Of a DNA stretch of 64,000 nucleotides, positions 15,570 to 25,813 are shown piece by piece. A program made the translations under genes and the position numbers. Every line of letters begins with the position of its first letter. Positions within the stretch are counted from its first letter, which is position 1. The stretch comes from Cyclobacteriaceae bacterium (lineage in GTDB: Bacteria; Bacteroidota; Bacteroidia; Cytophagales; Cyclobacteriaceae): positions 6,916 through 70,915 of the forward strand of contig WFNR01000064.1 of assembly GCA_015488485.1 (NCBI GenBank), read 5' to 3'. The notes below the pieces were generated by a model. It was not told where the DNA came from. It worked only from the letters and a program-made list of their open reading frames with translations, and made no database searches.

Positions 15570-18313
15570 GCGAGCAAGATAAGATGAACGGTCAGCAGGA
15601 GGAGGGCCAGTTGCACGATGTGGTTACCCTGAGCGGGCTGTATGAAAACTGGTTTCTCGACTATGCCTCGTATGTAATCCTGGAGCGGGCGGTACCCGAT
15701 GTGCGCGATGGCCTCAAGCCCGTGCAGCGCAGGATTTTGCATGCCATGAAAGAGATGGATGACGGGCGCTTCAACAAGGTGGCCAACATCATCGGGCAGG
15801 CCATGCAGTATCATCCGCATGGCGATGCGGCCATTGGCGATGCCATTGTCAACCTGGGGCAGAAAGAGCTGCTTATTGACACCCAGGGCAACTGGGGTGA
15901 TATACGCACCGGTGACCGGGCCGCAGCCGCCCGCTACATCGAAGCCCGGTTGTCGAAATTCGCCCTGGAAGTGGTTTTCAATCCGCAAACCACCGAGTGG
16001 CAGCTTAGCTATGACGGCCGCAAGAAAGAGCCGGTAGCGTTGCCGGTAAAATTCCCGCTGCTGCTGGCTCAGGGCGTAGAGGGCATAGCCGTAGGCCTTT
16101 CTACCAAAATATTACCGCACAACTTCAACGAACTGATCAAGGCTTCGATAGATGTGCTCAAAGGGCGCACACCCAAGCTGTACCCCGATTTCCCTACCGG
16201 TGGCCTGTGCGATGTGAGTGAGTACAACCGCGGGCAGCGTGGCGGGCGCGTAAAGGTGCGGGCCAGAATAGAAACGGTGGACAAAAAGCAGGTGGTGATT
16301 CGCGATATTCCCTATGGCACTACCACTACCGGTCTTATCGAGTCGATTATCAAGGCCAATGACAAGGGCAAGATACGCATCAAAAAAGTGGTGGACAACA
16401 CCGCCAAGGATGTAGAAATAGTGGTGCACCTGGCACCCGGGGTATCACCCGAGATAACCATTGACGCCCTCTATGCCTTTACCGATTGCGAAATATCCAT
16501 ATCACCCAATGCTTGTGTGATTATGGATGACAAGCCGCAGTTTTTGAGCGTAATCGATATTTTGCGGCATAACACACAGCAAACCGTAGAGTTGCTGACC
16601 CGCGAATTGGAAATACGCCAGGGTGAGCTGAAAGAAAAGCTGTTGTTCGCTTCGCTGGAGAAAATATTTATCGAAAACCGCATTTACCGTGACATAGAGG
16701 AGTGCGAAACCTGGGAAGCGGTAATCAGCACGATTGATCAGGGCCTGGAGCCGTTTAAGAAACAATTTTATCGCCCTATTACCGAGGAAGATATTGTACG
16801 CTTGACCGAGATTAAAATCAAGCGGATAAGCAAGTACGACAGCTTCAAGGCTGATGAGTTGATGAAAAAGCTCACCGATGAGTTGGCTGAAGTAGAGCAT
16901 AACCTGGCCCATATTACCGATTATGCCATCGCTTATTTTCAGCAACTGCAGGAGAAATACGGCAAGGGCAAGGAGCGTAAGACCGAGCTTACCACCTTTG
17001 ATAGCATCAAGGCTACGGCTGTGGTTGCCAATAACCAAAAACTCTATGTCAATCGCAAGGACGGTTTCATTGGCTACGGCCTTAAAAAGGACGAGTTTGT
17101 GAGTGAATGCTCCGATATTGACGATATTTTCGTAATTCGCAAGGATGGTAAGTGCCTGGTTACCCGCATAGCCGACAAGGTGTATGTGGGTAAAAATATC
17201 CTCTATGCCGGGGTGTGGAAGAAGAATGACGAGCGTATGGTTTATAACCTCATCTACACCGATGGCAAGAGCGGCCGCACCTTTGTGAAGCGCTTTAACA
17301 TGCTGGCAGCCACGCGTGATAAGGAGTACGACCTGACTAAAGGCAACAAGGGCTCGCGAGTACTCTATGTAAGCGCCAATGCCAATGGCGAGGCCGAAAC
17401 GGTAACCATAAAACTGACCTCCGGCTGCAAGGCGCGTAAAAAAGTATTTGATTTTGATTTTGCCACCATAGATATCAAAGGCCGGGGAGCAGGGGGTAAC
17501 ACCCTAACCAAATACCCGGTGCGCAAAGTGGAGTTTAAAGCCGAAGGAGTATCAACCCTGGGTGGGGTGGATATTTGGTACGATAACGTAACCGGCCGCC
17601 TGAACCGCGATCAGCGCGGGCGTTACCTGGGCAACTTCAATGGCGAAGACAAGATAGTGGTACTCTACAAGACTGGTGAGTACGAAGTAACCGGCCATGA
17701 ACTTACCCACCGGTACGAAGCCGAGAAGGTAGTGGATATAGGCAAGCTCACCGACAACCTGGTGGTGTCGGCTGTGTATCAGGATGGCGACAGCAAGGTG
17801 CACTATGTAAAGCGCTTTCAGATTGAGACCAATACCCTCGAAAAGCGCTTCAGGTTTATTCCTGAAAGCAAGGGCACTACTCTAACAGTAGCTACCCTGG
17901 CACCCGAGCCGGTGGTAGAAGCCACTCTGGTGAAAGGTAAGAGCCGCGAAAAACAAGTAACCTCCATCAAGCTAAACGATTTGATTGATGTCAAGGGCTG
18001 GAAGGCGGTTGGCAACAAATTTTCTCCTCATAAAGTAAAGAAAATAAAGCTTTTAGAAGTTGAAGATTTAAGTAAAAATACCGATACAAAACCCTCCGGA
18101 AGCGCTGCTGTAAAGGATAACTCTACCGATGCTGCGCCTGCCGGGGTAGCCGTGCAGGCCAGCTTGTTTGGTGAGGAAGAGCTACCGCCAGCCAAATCCA
18201 CAAAAGCTGCTTCCAAAACTAAAAAGAAAGACACCAGGGCATCTGACAATGGCAAACGCAATGATGACGATGATGCCTTTGACATAGGGGCTATCATAGA
18301 ACTGGATTTGTAA
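15566..18313 (+). CDS. parC: DNA topoisomerase IV subunit A
   Basis: [11 protein letters not shown] and the [10 protein letters not shown] active-site Tyr region. 4-nt overlap with parE. Lys/Asp-rich low-complexity C-terminal tail. Confidence 0.9.
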   Translation: MSEQDKMNGQQEEGQLHDVVTLSGLYENWFLDYASYVILERAVPDVRDGLKPVQRRILHAMKEMDDGRFNKVANIIGQAMQYHPHGDAAIGDAIVNLGQKELLIDTQGNWGDIRTGDRAAAARYIEARLSKFALEVVFNPQTTEWQLSYDGRKKEPVALPVKFPLLLAQGVEGIAVGLSTKILPHNFNELIKASIDVLKGRTPKLYPDFPTGGLCDVSEYNRGQRGGRVKVRARIETVDKKQVVIRDIPYGTTTTGLIESIIKANDKGKIRIKKVVDNTAKDVEIVVHLAPGVSPEITIDALYAFTDCEISISPNACVIMDDKPQFLSVIDILRHNTQQTVELLTRELEIRQGELKEKLLFASLEKIFIENRIYRDIEECETWEAVISTIDQGLEPFKKQFYRPITEEDIVRLTEIKIKRISKYDSFKADELMKKLTDELAEVEHNLAHITDYAIAYFQQLQEKYGKGKERKTELTTFDSIKATAVVANNQKLYVNRKDGFIGYGLKKDEFVSECSDIDDIFVIRKDGKCLVTRIADKVYVGKNILYAGVWKKNDERMVYNLIYTDGKSGRTFVKRFNMLAATRDKEYDLTKGNKGSRVLYVSANANGEAETVTIKLTSGCKARKKVFDFDFATIDIKGRGAGGNTLTKYPVRKVEFKAEGVSTLGGVDIWYDNVTGRLNRDQRGRYLGNFNGEDKIVVLYKTGEYEVTGHELTHRYEAEKVVDIGKLTDNLVVSAVYQDGDSKVHYVKRFQIETNTLEKRFRFIPESKGTTLTVATLAPEPVVEATLVKGKSREKQVTSIKLNDLIDVKGWKAVGNKFSPHKVKKIKLLEVEDLSKNTDTKPSGSAAVKDNSTDAAPAGVAVQASLFGEEELPPAKSTKAASKTKKKDTRASDNGKRNDDDDAFDIGAIIELDL

Positions 18314-18999
18314 TGGAGGCCACCTTGCAAGCGGAGCTGACCGCCTTTTTGGGTGGTTATATTACAGAACATAAGAAGCAACTGATGGAGCAGGTGCTGG
18401 CACAACGCACCCGTTTTATTACGGTAGCTTTGGAAGATATTTACCAACCGCAAAATGCCAGTGCCGTGGTGCGCACAGCCGACTGCTTTGGTATCCAGGA
18501 TATACACATTATTGAGGGTCGTAACCAATACAATATCAATCCGCAGGTAGTGCGTGGCTCCGAAAAATGGGTAAACCTGATTAAATACCAGGGGCAGGAA
18601 AACAATACGGCCACCTGTTTTACCGCCTTGCGGCAAAAGGGCTATACGTTGGTAGGCACCTCTCCGCACCGGCAAGGAGTAGATCTGCCCGACCTGCAGC
18701 CCGACAGACCGCTGGCACTGGTATTCGGTACCGAAGAAACCGGCCTGAGCGAATATGCTATGGAACAGGTAGATATGTATTTGCGTATTCCTATGTATGG
18801 TTTTACCGAGAGCTTCAATCTGTCTGTAAGCGCGGCTATTTGTCTGTACCAGCTTACCACCCGGCTGCGCCAATCGGGCACTAACTACCTTCTTAGCGAG
18901 GAAGAAAAAGCCGCTTTGCGCCTGCAGTGGTACCGCAGGGTGGTGCGCAGGGCAGCCGTGTTGGAAGAAGAATTTTTAAAGAATAAGCAAGCGAAATAA
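18313..18999 (+). CDS. SpoU/TrmH family RNA 2'-O-methyltransferase
   Basis: SpoU motifs NASAVVRTADCFG, LVFGTEETGLS and IPMYGFTESFNLSVSAAI. Confidence 0.85.
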   Translation: MEATLQAELTAFLGGYITEHKKQLMEQVLAQRTRFITVALEDIYQPQNASAVVRTADCFGIQDIHIIEGRNQYNINPQVVRGSEKWVNLIKYQGQENNTATCFTALRQKGYTLVGTSPHRQGVDLPDLQPDRPLALVFGTEETGLSEYAMEQVDMYLRIPMYGFTESFNLSVSAAICLYQLTTRLRQSGTNYLLSEEEKAALRLQWYRRVVRRAAVLEEEFLKNKQAK

Positions 19000-19002
19000 C
19001 CC

Positions 19003-19614
19003 TTGAGCAAATTAAAGATCATAGCCTATAATCTTTTAGCGGTTTTGCTGGTATTTACCCTATTCTGCAATGTGTGGATTGTAGGCAGTACGCGCCACCT
19101 GATTGTAACTCCCGAAGAACTGCCACCCGGCCACCGGGTGGTGCTGGTGTTGGGCACCAGCGCCAAAACGCATAAGGGGGGCGATAACCGTTTTTTCAGT
19201 GAACGTATGAGCACCGCAGCGGCCCTGTATAAGGCCGGCAAGGCCGACCGCATCATCCTGAGTGGTGATCATATTACCAAATACTATGATGAGCCCGAGG
19301 CCATGCGCATCGCCCTGCAGGCGCTGGGGGTACCCGACAGTGTGTTGCTCAGCGATGATGGCGGTGCCCGCACCATCGACTCCGTAATTCGCTGCAAGCA
19401 AGTGTTCGGCCAGGATAGCGTAGTCATTGTGACACAACGTTTTCATGCCTATCGCGCTTTGTTTATCAGTAGGATGCTGGGAGTAAATGCCCTGGCCGTG
19501 GCTACCCGTGAAATAGAAGGCCAGGCAGTCAGCGGGGTGCTGCTGCGCGAATTTTTCGCGCGCCCGAAGGCAATCATTGACCTCTTTTTTTGGCGGCTGA
19601 CCGGTAAGCAGTAA
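19003..19614 (+). CDS. SanA/YdcF (DUF218) family protein
   Basis: N-terminal TM helix, then VVLVLGTSA...RIILSGDH, typical of SanA-like proteins. Confidence 0.8.
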   Translation: MSKLKIIAYNLLAVLLVFTLFCNVWIVGSTRHLIVTPEELPPGHRVVLVLGTSAKTHKGGDNRFFSERMSTAAALYKAGKADRIILSGDHITKYYDEPEAMRIALQALGVPDSVLLSDDGGARTIDSVIRCKQVFGQDSVVIVTQRFHAYRALFISRMLGVNALAVATREIEGQAVSGVLLREFFARPKAIIDLFFWRLTGKQ

Positions 19615-19636
19615 TATTTGCTGAAATAGCTTTAAC

Positions 19637-22174
19637 TTGCAGGTTACGAATTCCGTATTTTACTTATTTAGAAAAGTGTTGGCAAAGGCGTTACATATCT
19701 TTTTGATAAGCATACTGGCAGTTGTTGCGGCTGTAGCCCAACAGACGGTGGTGTATGGTATTGTAAAAGATGCCGACACGGGCGATCCGGTACCGTTTGT
19801 AAATGTCTACATCAAAGGCACCACCATTGGTGTTACCACCGATTTTGACGGCCGCTATCGCCTGGAAACCGACCACCGGGGAGATACGCTGGTATTTGCT
19901 TATATGGGGTATGAAGAAAGGCTGGTAGCCATCCAACCCGGTATTACTCAGGAGAAAAATGTATTTCTGGCACCTTCGGTTATTCACCTGAAAGAGCTGG
20001 TGGTAGTACCGGGAGAAAATCCGGCTTTCCGGATAATGCGTGAGGTAATTAAGCGCAAAAAGCAGCATGATAAGCGCAGCCTGGAGGCCTACGAGTACGA
20101 AGCCTATACTAAAATAGAGGTTGATCTGGACAACCTGACCGAGCGCTTTAAGCGCAGTAAAGTAATACAGAAAGCGGCAGCCGTGTTGGATAGCATACAA
20201 ATAATTGCCGGAGAAAACGGCAGGCCAATTATGCCGGTGTTTTTTTCAGAGGCCCTTTCACGCTATTATGTAAAGAATAACCCATTTGTGCGGCACGAAT
20301 ATGTGATTAAAACGAAGGTTACCGGCCTCGGCCTAACCGATGGCACTTTCACCTCACAGCTTATCGGGGCCACCTACCAGGAATATAATTTTTACAAGAA
20401 TTTCCTCACCATTGTCAAGCAGGAATTTGCCTCACCTATAGCCAATTCATGGAAGAGTATTTACGAATACGACCTGATAGACAGTATGATGTTGGGAGAA
20501 GACTTTTGCTATCGCATTGACTTTTTCCCAAAGCGGAAGCATGACCTGGCTTTTACCGGCACTATGTGGATTACCAAAGACGGCTATGCTCTGAAGCAAA
20601 TAGACGCTACCATTGGCAAAAAAGCTAATCTGAACTTTATAGAAAAACTAAGGGTACAACAGGAGCTGATACCAACCGATGCTGGTCCGTGGCTGCCACG
20701 CAAAACGCGTGTTCTGATCGATGTAGCCCAGCCTGGTAGCGAAGCGGTAGGCTTGCTGGCCAAGTTTTATACCTCGGTGGATAAGGTAGTGGTAAACCAG
20801 CCCAAGCCCGAAGATTTCTACCGCTTACCGGTAGAAATGGATGAAGCCGTGCGCATGAGCGATGAGGATTACTGGCGACAGCACCGGCATGAACAACTAA
20901 GCCAGACGGAGATCAATGTCTATAATATGGTTGATACCCTAAAAAAGATACCGGTTATTAAAACCTACACCGATATTGCCAAACTGGCCTATTCGGGTTA
21001 CTACAAAGCCGGCCCCATAGATATTGGCCCTTATCCGCTGTTTTTGGCTTACAATGATGTAGAAGGCCTGCGTCTGGGCTTTGGGGCTGAAACCAATATT
21101 GATTTCAGCAATAAGTTTATTCTGCGCGGTTATGGTGCCTATGGCTTTCAGGACAATCGCTGGAAGTACAATTTTGGCCTGGCCTATATCATTTCACGTA
21201 AACCATGGGTCAAAACAGGTGTTGACGTAAGCCGTGAGGTAGATCCGGTATATCTGCTCAACGAGCCGATTCGTGGCCAGGTAGCCTTCTACAGCTTTGC
21301 TCGTATGGGCGCCATGCGTAGGCCTTTTTTGCATGATAAAGTAGAGGCCTGGTTGCTCAATCCGCTGGCCAAGGATGTAAATATGCGTATTTATGCCCGC
21401 TACAGCCATTTGCAGCCTTTGTTCGATTTCGAGTACTATACTACGGCAGATCGCGACCCCAACCGAACCCAGCGTAATCTGACCATTAGTGAGGCCGGAA
21501 TGGAAATTGTCTGGAGTAAAGACCGCAAATACCTGATCAACGACAACTACCGGGTGTCGGGCGGCTACAATCGCTACCCCACAATTACCCTGCGTTACGC
21601 CTTGGGTATGAAAGGAGTGCTTGACAGCGATTTCAACTATCATAAGGTGGGACTACGTCTGGTAAAAAAATTCAGAATGGGGCAGTTGGGTTTTGGTATG
21701 TTGTACCTGGATGGAGAATATGTGTTTGGTACAGTACCATATCCGATTCTAAGAAATCATTTGGGTAATGAAACACCTTTTTATTCACCCCGCGCATATA
21801 GCCTGATGAATTTCTTCGAGTTTGTCAGCGACCACTATGCCTCGGCCACTTACCGGCACCACTTCAATGGTGCTATTATGAATCGCGTACCCTTGTTTAA
21901 GTACCTGAAGCTACGCCTTTTTGGTGAGGCGCGTGTATTGTGGGGTGGTATGCGTCAGGAAAATATCGATATTATTGTGCCGGTTTATGATAGCAGTGGC
22001 AACCAGGTGCCGCCTTTTAAGTCTTTGGAAGAAAAACCCTATATCGAACTGGGTTATGGTGTAGAGAATATTCTCAAATTCATTCAGGTAAACTTCATTC
22101 ACCGCATCACCGGTTTCGACCAGCCCGATGCCCGCAGATTTGGTATCAAGATCGGCTTCTACCTGTCTTTCTAA
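19637..22174 (+). CDS. carboxypeptidase-regulatory-like domain plus DUF5686 outer-membrane-type protein
   Basis: GIVKDADTGDPVPFVNVYIKGTTIGVTTDFDGRY is a CarboxypepD_reg signature. The long beta-rich C-terminus ends in an aromatic residue (F). Start uncertain: TTG 19637 or GTG 19676. Confidence 0.8.
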   Translation: MQVTNSVFYLFRKVLAKALHIFLISILAVVAAVAQQTVVYGIVKDADTGDPVPFVNVYIKGTTIGVTTDFDGRYRLETDHRGDTLVFAYMGYEERLVAIQPGITQEKNVFLAPSVIHLKELVVVPGENPAFRIMREVIKRKKQHDKRSLEAYEYEAYTKIEVDLDNLTERFKRSKVIQKAAAVLDSIQIIAGENGRPIMPVFFSEALSRYYVKNNPFVRHEYVIKTKVTGLGLTDGTFTSQLIGATYQEYNFYKNFLTIVKQEFASPIANSWKSIYEYDLIDSMMLGEDFCYRIDFFPKRKHDLAFTGTMWITKDGYALKQIDATIGKKANLNFIEKLRVQQELIPTDAGPWLPRKTRVLIDVAQPGSEAVGLLAKFYTSVDKVVVNQPKPEDFYRLPVEMDEAVRMSDEDYWRQHRHEQLSQTEINVYNMVDTLKKIPVIKTYTDIAKLAYSGYYKAGPIDIGPYPLFLAYNDVEGLRLGFGAETNIDFSNKFILRGYGAYGFQDNRWKYNFGLAYIISRKPWVKTGVDVSREVDPVYLLNEPIRGQVAFYSFARMGAMRRPFLHDKVEAWLLNPLAKDVNMRIYARYSHLQPLFDFEYYTTADRDPNRTQRNLTISEAGMEIVWSKDRKYLINDNYRVSGGYNRYPTITLRYALGMKGVLDSDFNYHKVGLRLVKKFRMGQLGFGMLYLDGEYVFGTVPYPILRNHLGNETPFYSPRAYSLMNFFEFVSDHYASATYRHHFNGAIMNRVPLFKYLKLRLFGEARVLWGGMRQENIDIIVPVYDSSGNQVPPFKSLEEKPYIELGYGVENILKFIQVNFIHRITGFDQPDARRFGIKIGFYLSF

Positions 22175-22177
22175 AGC

Positions 22178-23338
22178 CTATACCTGGTTTTGCTGGCGCT
22201 TCAGTATGAGGTAGGTAATGACTACAGCCAGCACGATCATGGCGCCCATCACCGAGATGATTACCACAATACTGGTGGAGTCGCTTTTCAGGCGGTTTAG
22301 TTCGTGCTCCTTAGCCATAATGGCCAGTTGCTTGTCTTTTTCCATCAGCAACTGGGTCGATTCGCGTTGCGCCAGTTCCATCAGGTTGGCTTCCTGCTCA
22401 AGCAGGTCCCTGAAGGAAATGTATAATTTCAAGTGCTGATAAGCCAGATCCGTATTGCCTTGTTTCTCGTAGATACCGGCCAGGCTTTGATGGATATCAC
22501 GCAACAGGGTTTTATTAAGCACCTCCTGGGCTTTTTCCAATGCTTTTTGTTCGTAGGTAAGCGCCTGCGCCAGATTGTTCAGGGCCCGTGCCACGGCAGC
22601 CAGGTTATGATAGGCATAGGCAATGCCATTGGTATTATTATTTTGCTGATTATATTGTAACGATTTCTCGTAATAATTTTTGGCACGTTGCGGCTCGCCA
22701 TGCAGCAGGTAGGCCTGCCCGATGTTGGCATAGGGGTCAAAATGGCTGTCGGGGTATTTGTTGTGCAGGCGCATGGCCCTTTTGTAAAATCCTACCGCCC
22801 GGTAGTCTTCGCCTTTAGCCAGGTAGGTATTGCCCAGGTTGTTCAGCAAGCCGATCATGGCTTTTTCGTTGCCGATGGAGTCGAGCAGATGGTAGGCGTC
22901 CATAAAGTAGCGCAAGGCATTGTTATAATCATTCTTGAGGGAATAAACCGTACCGATATTACTGAGGGTATAGGCAATGCCCAATGGGTTGTTGATCTGG
23001 CGATTGAGGTTAAGCGACTTTAAATAATATGAAACCGCCTTGTCCAGCAAGCCCTGTGATTTATAAAAAAGGCCGATGTTGTTGTAAGAGGAAGCTTCGC
23101 CTTTGGCGTAGGACAATTGCTGTGCCAGCTCCAGGGCCCGCAGGGTGTATTCCAGCGCTTGCTTGGGGTCTTTTTCATAGAAATGCTTGAAGAGCTCGTT
23201 GTAGGCGCGCACGGCAGCGGTGTCAGCTTCCTTGGTGAGGGTGAGCAGGCTGTCGATATTTTGAGCAGACGCCAGTACGGTCGTCTGCAGTAAGAAGTAA
23301 ACAAGCAGTATTCGGAACATAGAGCAATAATACAACAT
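22178..23338 (-). CDS. tetratricopeptide-repeat protein with C-terminal coiled coil and TM helix
   Basis: Signal-like N-terminus. Repeated A..YYN.G..Y TPR units. C-terminal hydrophobic segment IVVIISVMGAMIVLAVVITYLIL. No kinase or DNA-binding domain. Confidence 0.8.
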   Translation of the reverse strand: MLYYCSMFRILLVYFLLQTTVLASAQNIDSLLTLTKEADTAAVRAYNELFKHFYEKDPKQALEYTLRALELAQQLSYAKGEASSYNNIGLFYKSQGLLDKAVSYYLKSLNLNRQINNPLGIAYTLSNIGTVYSLKNDYNNALRYFMDAYHLLDSIGNEKAMIGLLNNLGNTYLAKGEDYRAVGFYKRAMRLHNKYPDSHFDPYANIGQAYLLHGEPQRAKNYYEKSLQYNQQNNNTNGIAYAYHNLAAVARALNNLAQALTYEQKALEKAQEVLNKTLLRDIHQSLAGIYEKQGNTDLAYQHLKLYISFRDLLEQEANLMELAQRESTQLLMEKDKQLAIMAKEHELNRLKSDSTSIVVIISVMGAMIVLAVVITYLILKRQQNQV

Positions 23339-23389
23339 AATTCGAATCCGGCAGACTGCTTGCCAACCTTAATGATGTTAGCGTATGAG

Positions 23390-23418
23390 AAAGAAAAAAG
23401 GGCAGCGGATACTGCCCT
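23390..23418 (-). terminator. intrinsic terminator after the 80-aa ORF
   Basis: On the minus strand: AAGGGCAG-TATCCG-CTGCCCTT followed by TTTTTCTTTC. Confidence 0.65.
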
Positions 23419-23440
23419 TATATTGTTTGTGATGTTGTAC

Positions 23441-23683
23441 TTAAAGCTTTACATAAAACTGCAACTGAAATACCGGTTTGTTGCCGGCTGGTAGTGGCTT
23501 TAGAGCCACAATAGATTGGTTGTTGTAAGCTTTGATAAACTCATTACGTCCGATGCGGATACGGCCACCCTTACGGGTAAGGCGGTAATACTGCATACGA
23601 CCCGACTGGTTGGCGATAGCAGCATAGGCCACGTCATATTCAAACGGGATAGGGGAGGGGACGTAATTAAGCGTTTCCTGCAC
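23441..23683 (-). CDS. hypothetical small protein (80 aa, GTG start)
   Basis: The ORF is followed by a terminator and begins 13 nt after the stop of the upstream small ORF. No recognised motif. Confidence 0.45.
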   Translation of the reverse strand: MQETLNYVPSPIPFEYDVAYAAIANQSGRMQYYRLTRKGGRIRIGRNEFIKAYNNQSIVALKPLPAGNKPVFQLQFYVKL

Positions 23684-23696
23684 GTTTCAGGCTTTT

Positions 23697-23945
23697 TTAG
23701 CAATAGGCTTCTACAAAATTGCGATGTATTAGCTGCTTTTGCTCGGCATTATATTCGCTCAACAGCAGATAGGCTTTGTCCGGCACATAATTGAACGAAT
23801 CCCGGTATTGTTTAATCAGCTTACGTAGCTCATCCATGTAATAGCGTATCTGGCCGATACTGCGGCATTTACGCGGATTGTCAAAATGCCTGCGGATAAA
23901 CAGGTTGAACTCCAGATCGATTCTCTTTTTCTCAAAACGTGTCAT
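23697..23945 (-). CDS. hypothetical small basic protein (82 aa)
   Basis: ATG start downstream of an AT-rich region containing a long palindrome. No recognised motif. Confidence 0.5.
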   Translation of the reverse strand: MTRFEKKRIDLEFNLFIRRHFDNPRKCRSIGQIRYYMDELRKLIKQYRDSFNYVPDKAYLLLSEYNAEQKQLIHRNFVEAYC

Positions 23946-24510
23946 AATTGTGCAATTTTGTACAACATTTATTTTAATTATAAGGCAATAATAAAATATT
24001 CAGGAATATATACCAAATATTTTTGTGTAAAATTACACAAATATTTTAAAAACTTTGATCCCTTACTCAAATAGCGATAATTATGGTGGTTGAAAAGGGT
24101 GCAAAAATGTACCAGGACGAAGTGCAGCCGGCAGTTCGAAGATTGGACTCAGTATAGCGATAAATTTGATTTTATGGTTGCCAAAGAAATTACGTAAATT
24201 CCCAAAGCAGTAGGCTGAACTGATAAACCGGTCGAGTTGGCTGTAGTGGCTGAATTGACTGATGCTCTCGAAGGCAGGTAATAAAAATGACGAAATCCCC
24301 GGACTTGTTCCTGTTGGCAAAGGCAGGCCGGGGGCTATTGATACTACAGTGGTTACATGGGGCAGGTCCCCTGCCCGTTCCGTTCAGGCGGGCGGAATAA
24401 ATGCGGGGATCAATCACTTTTTACTTCGGGCTCATAACTCGCATCTACACTTCCCCGCATTTCCGCATCTACACATGCCCGCTTTTGCGTACTCCGCGTA
24501 ATTCTTGGCG

Positions 24511-24590
24511 CCCTTGGCGGTTAAGATTGCAGGCTGCAGATTGATGATTTAAGATTTTTCCGGCTTCAGTTATCAGATCTCAGTCACCTG
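24511..24590. repeat. dispersed intergenic repeat, copy C
   Basis: Core CCCTTGGCGGTTAAGATTGCAGGCTGCAGATTGATGA, then an AGATTTTT loop motif and a CTCAGTC...CTTCCG tail, as in copies B and D. Confidence 0.75.
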
Positions 24591-24621
24591 TCTTCCGAGT
24601 TCAATTTTCAGAGATATTAAG

Positions 24622-24695
<74 letters not shown>

Positions 24696-24787
24696 AATTC
24701 ACTTTTTTGTCTGTCATGCTACTTCCGGCAAGTGAAACCGGCTACTTTGCCAGGCCTATTTTTCCGGTCGTTTACCGGTAGGTTACG

Positions 24788-24860
24788 AGCCTCCCACGGG
24801 ACTCGAACCCGCGACCTGATCATTACGAGTGATCCGCTCTACCAGCTGAGCTAAGGAGGC
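24788..24860 (-). tRNA. tRNA-Thr (anticodon CGT)
   Basis: The reverse complement GCCTCCTTAGCTCAGCTGGTAGAGCGGATCACTCGTAATGATCAGGTCGCGGGTTCGAGTCCCGTGGGAGGCT folds as a cloverleaf. Anticodon loop CTCGTAA. Confidence 0.95.
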
Positions 24861-24893
24861 AACAGTGGTATTTAATCACCTGCAAAAGCGCGG

Positions 24894-24901
24894 CAAAGAT
24901 A
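24894..24901 (-). promoter_or_regulatory. possible Bacteroidota -7 promoter box (TATCTTTG) upstream of tRNA-Thr
   Basis: Matches TAnnTTTG on the minus strand about 30 nt upstream of the tRNA 5' end. No clear -33 TTG. Confidence 0.3.
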
Positions 24902-24940
24902 AAGATATTCTGCTGTTTATTGCGTGCCTTTGCCGGTAAA

Positions 24941-25777
24941 TTATAACTTAAGATGGGCATCCTGCTTTTTGGCCAGATGGTCGTAGTCGCGCATAAGTGT
25001 TTGCAGAAACTGTAGGGGTTTTTGCTGGCTCTCTACCTGTAAAATCTCACTGGCTTTGTCGGCCAGCTTTACGATGTACTCATAGTTGCGGGTTTTCTCC
25101 GCCTTGCGCAATGCATTCTTAATGATATTGATATCGCGATCGCTCAGTACCAATACATTCTTATAGACCGGTTCGTACTCTTCTTCGGTAGATTGCAGGA
25201 TGGTGTCGTCCAGCGAATAGCGCGGTTTGTTTTTGATAACTACCGTGCCGGCCACTATGTCGCCCACCCGCTGGCTGTGCCTGGTTTTGGCCATGGCCAG
25301 CAGGCCCACCACCGGTAAGGGCACAATCGAAAAAAATATCACAAAACCCAGAAATACCGCCTGTTCCTCTGACGAGGGAATACGTGGCACAAAAAAGATA
25401 AGAAGAAAGCCAAGCTTTACATCGATGGTACGCAACAGCCAGCGCAGGATATAATCGCCCAGGGAAGGAGCCGTGCCGTTTTCCCGTACCACCTTGAGCT
25501 TCATGATCTTTTTGCCCACCGTACGGCCATGCCAGAAGTACTCGCTCACTGGTAGATAAAACAATGTGGGTAACATGATCAAAAAGAAAGCCAGCAAGTT
25601 GACCCCTTGATCGATAATCGTAACATTGAGTACATTGTCAAACAAATAGACAACACCTATTATATACAGGATGACCACCACCAGGTCAATGACAGCCGCG
25701 ACCAGACGCTCACCGGCATTACCCAGTTCGTAGTCGATATCTACATTTTGTGCGGTATGGACTTTTAAAATAGCCAT
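24941..25777 (-). CDS. RDD family membrane protein
   Basis: The N-terminal AGERLVAAVIDLVVV region and multi-TM layout are typical of the RDD family. ATG at 25777 preferred over the TTG at 25798. Confidence 0.8.
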   Translation of the reverse strand: MAILKVHTAQNVDIDYELGNAGERLVAAVIDLVVVILYIIGVVYLFDNVLNVTIIDQGVNLLAFFLIMLPTLFYLPVSEYFWHGRTVGKKIMKLKVVRENGTAPSLGDYILRWLLRTIDVKLGFLLIFFVPRIPSSEEQAVFLGFVIFFSIVPLPVVGLLAMAKTRHSQRVGDIVAGTVVIKNKPRYSLDDTILQSTEEEYEPVYKNVLVLSDRDINIIKNALRKAEKTRNYEYIVKLADKASEILQVESQQKPLQFLQTLMRDYDHLAKKQDAHLKL

Positions 25778-25813
25778 AATTACTATAATATTCCGCAAGA
25801 TAAAATATTCCGC

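Noticed and set aside
22178-23338. TPR protein as a sensor kinase or LuxR-type regulator
   Set aside because: The ORF ends after the TM helix. No HisKA/HATPase or helix-turn-helix domain is present, and the adjacent convergent gene leaves no room for a split domain.
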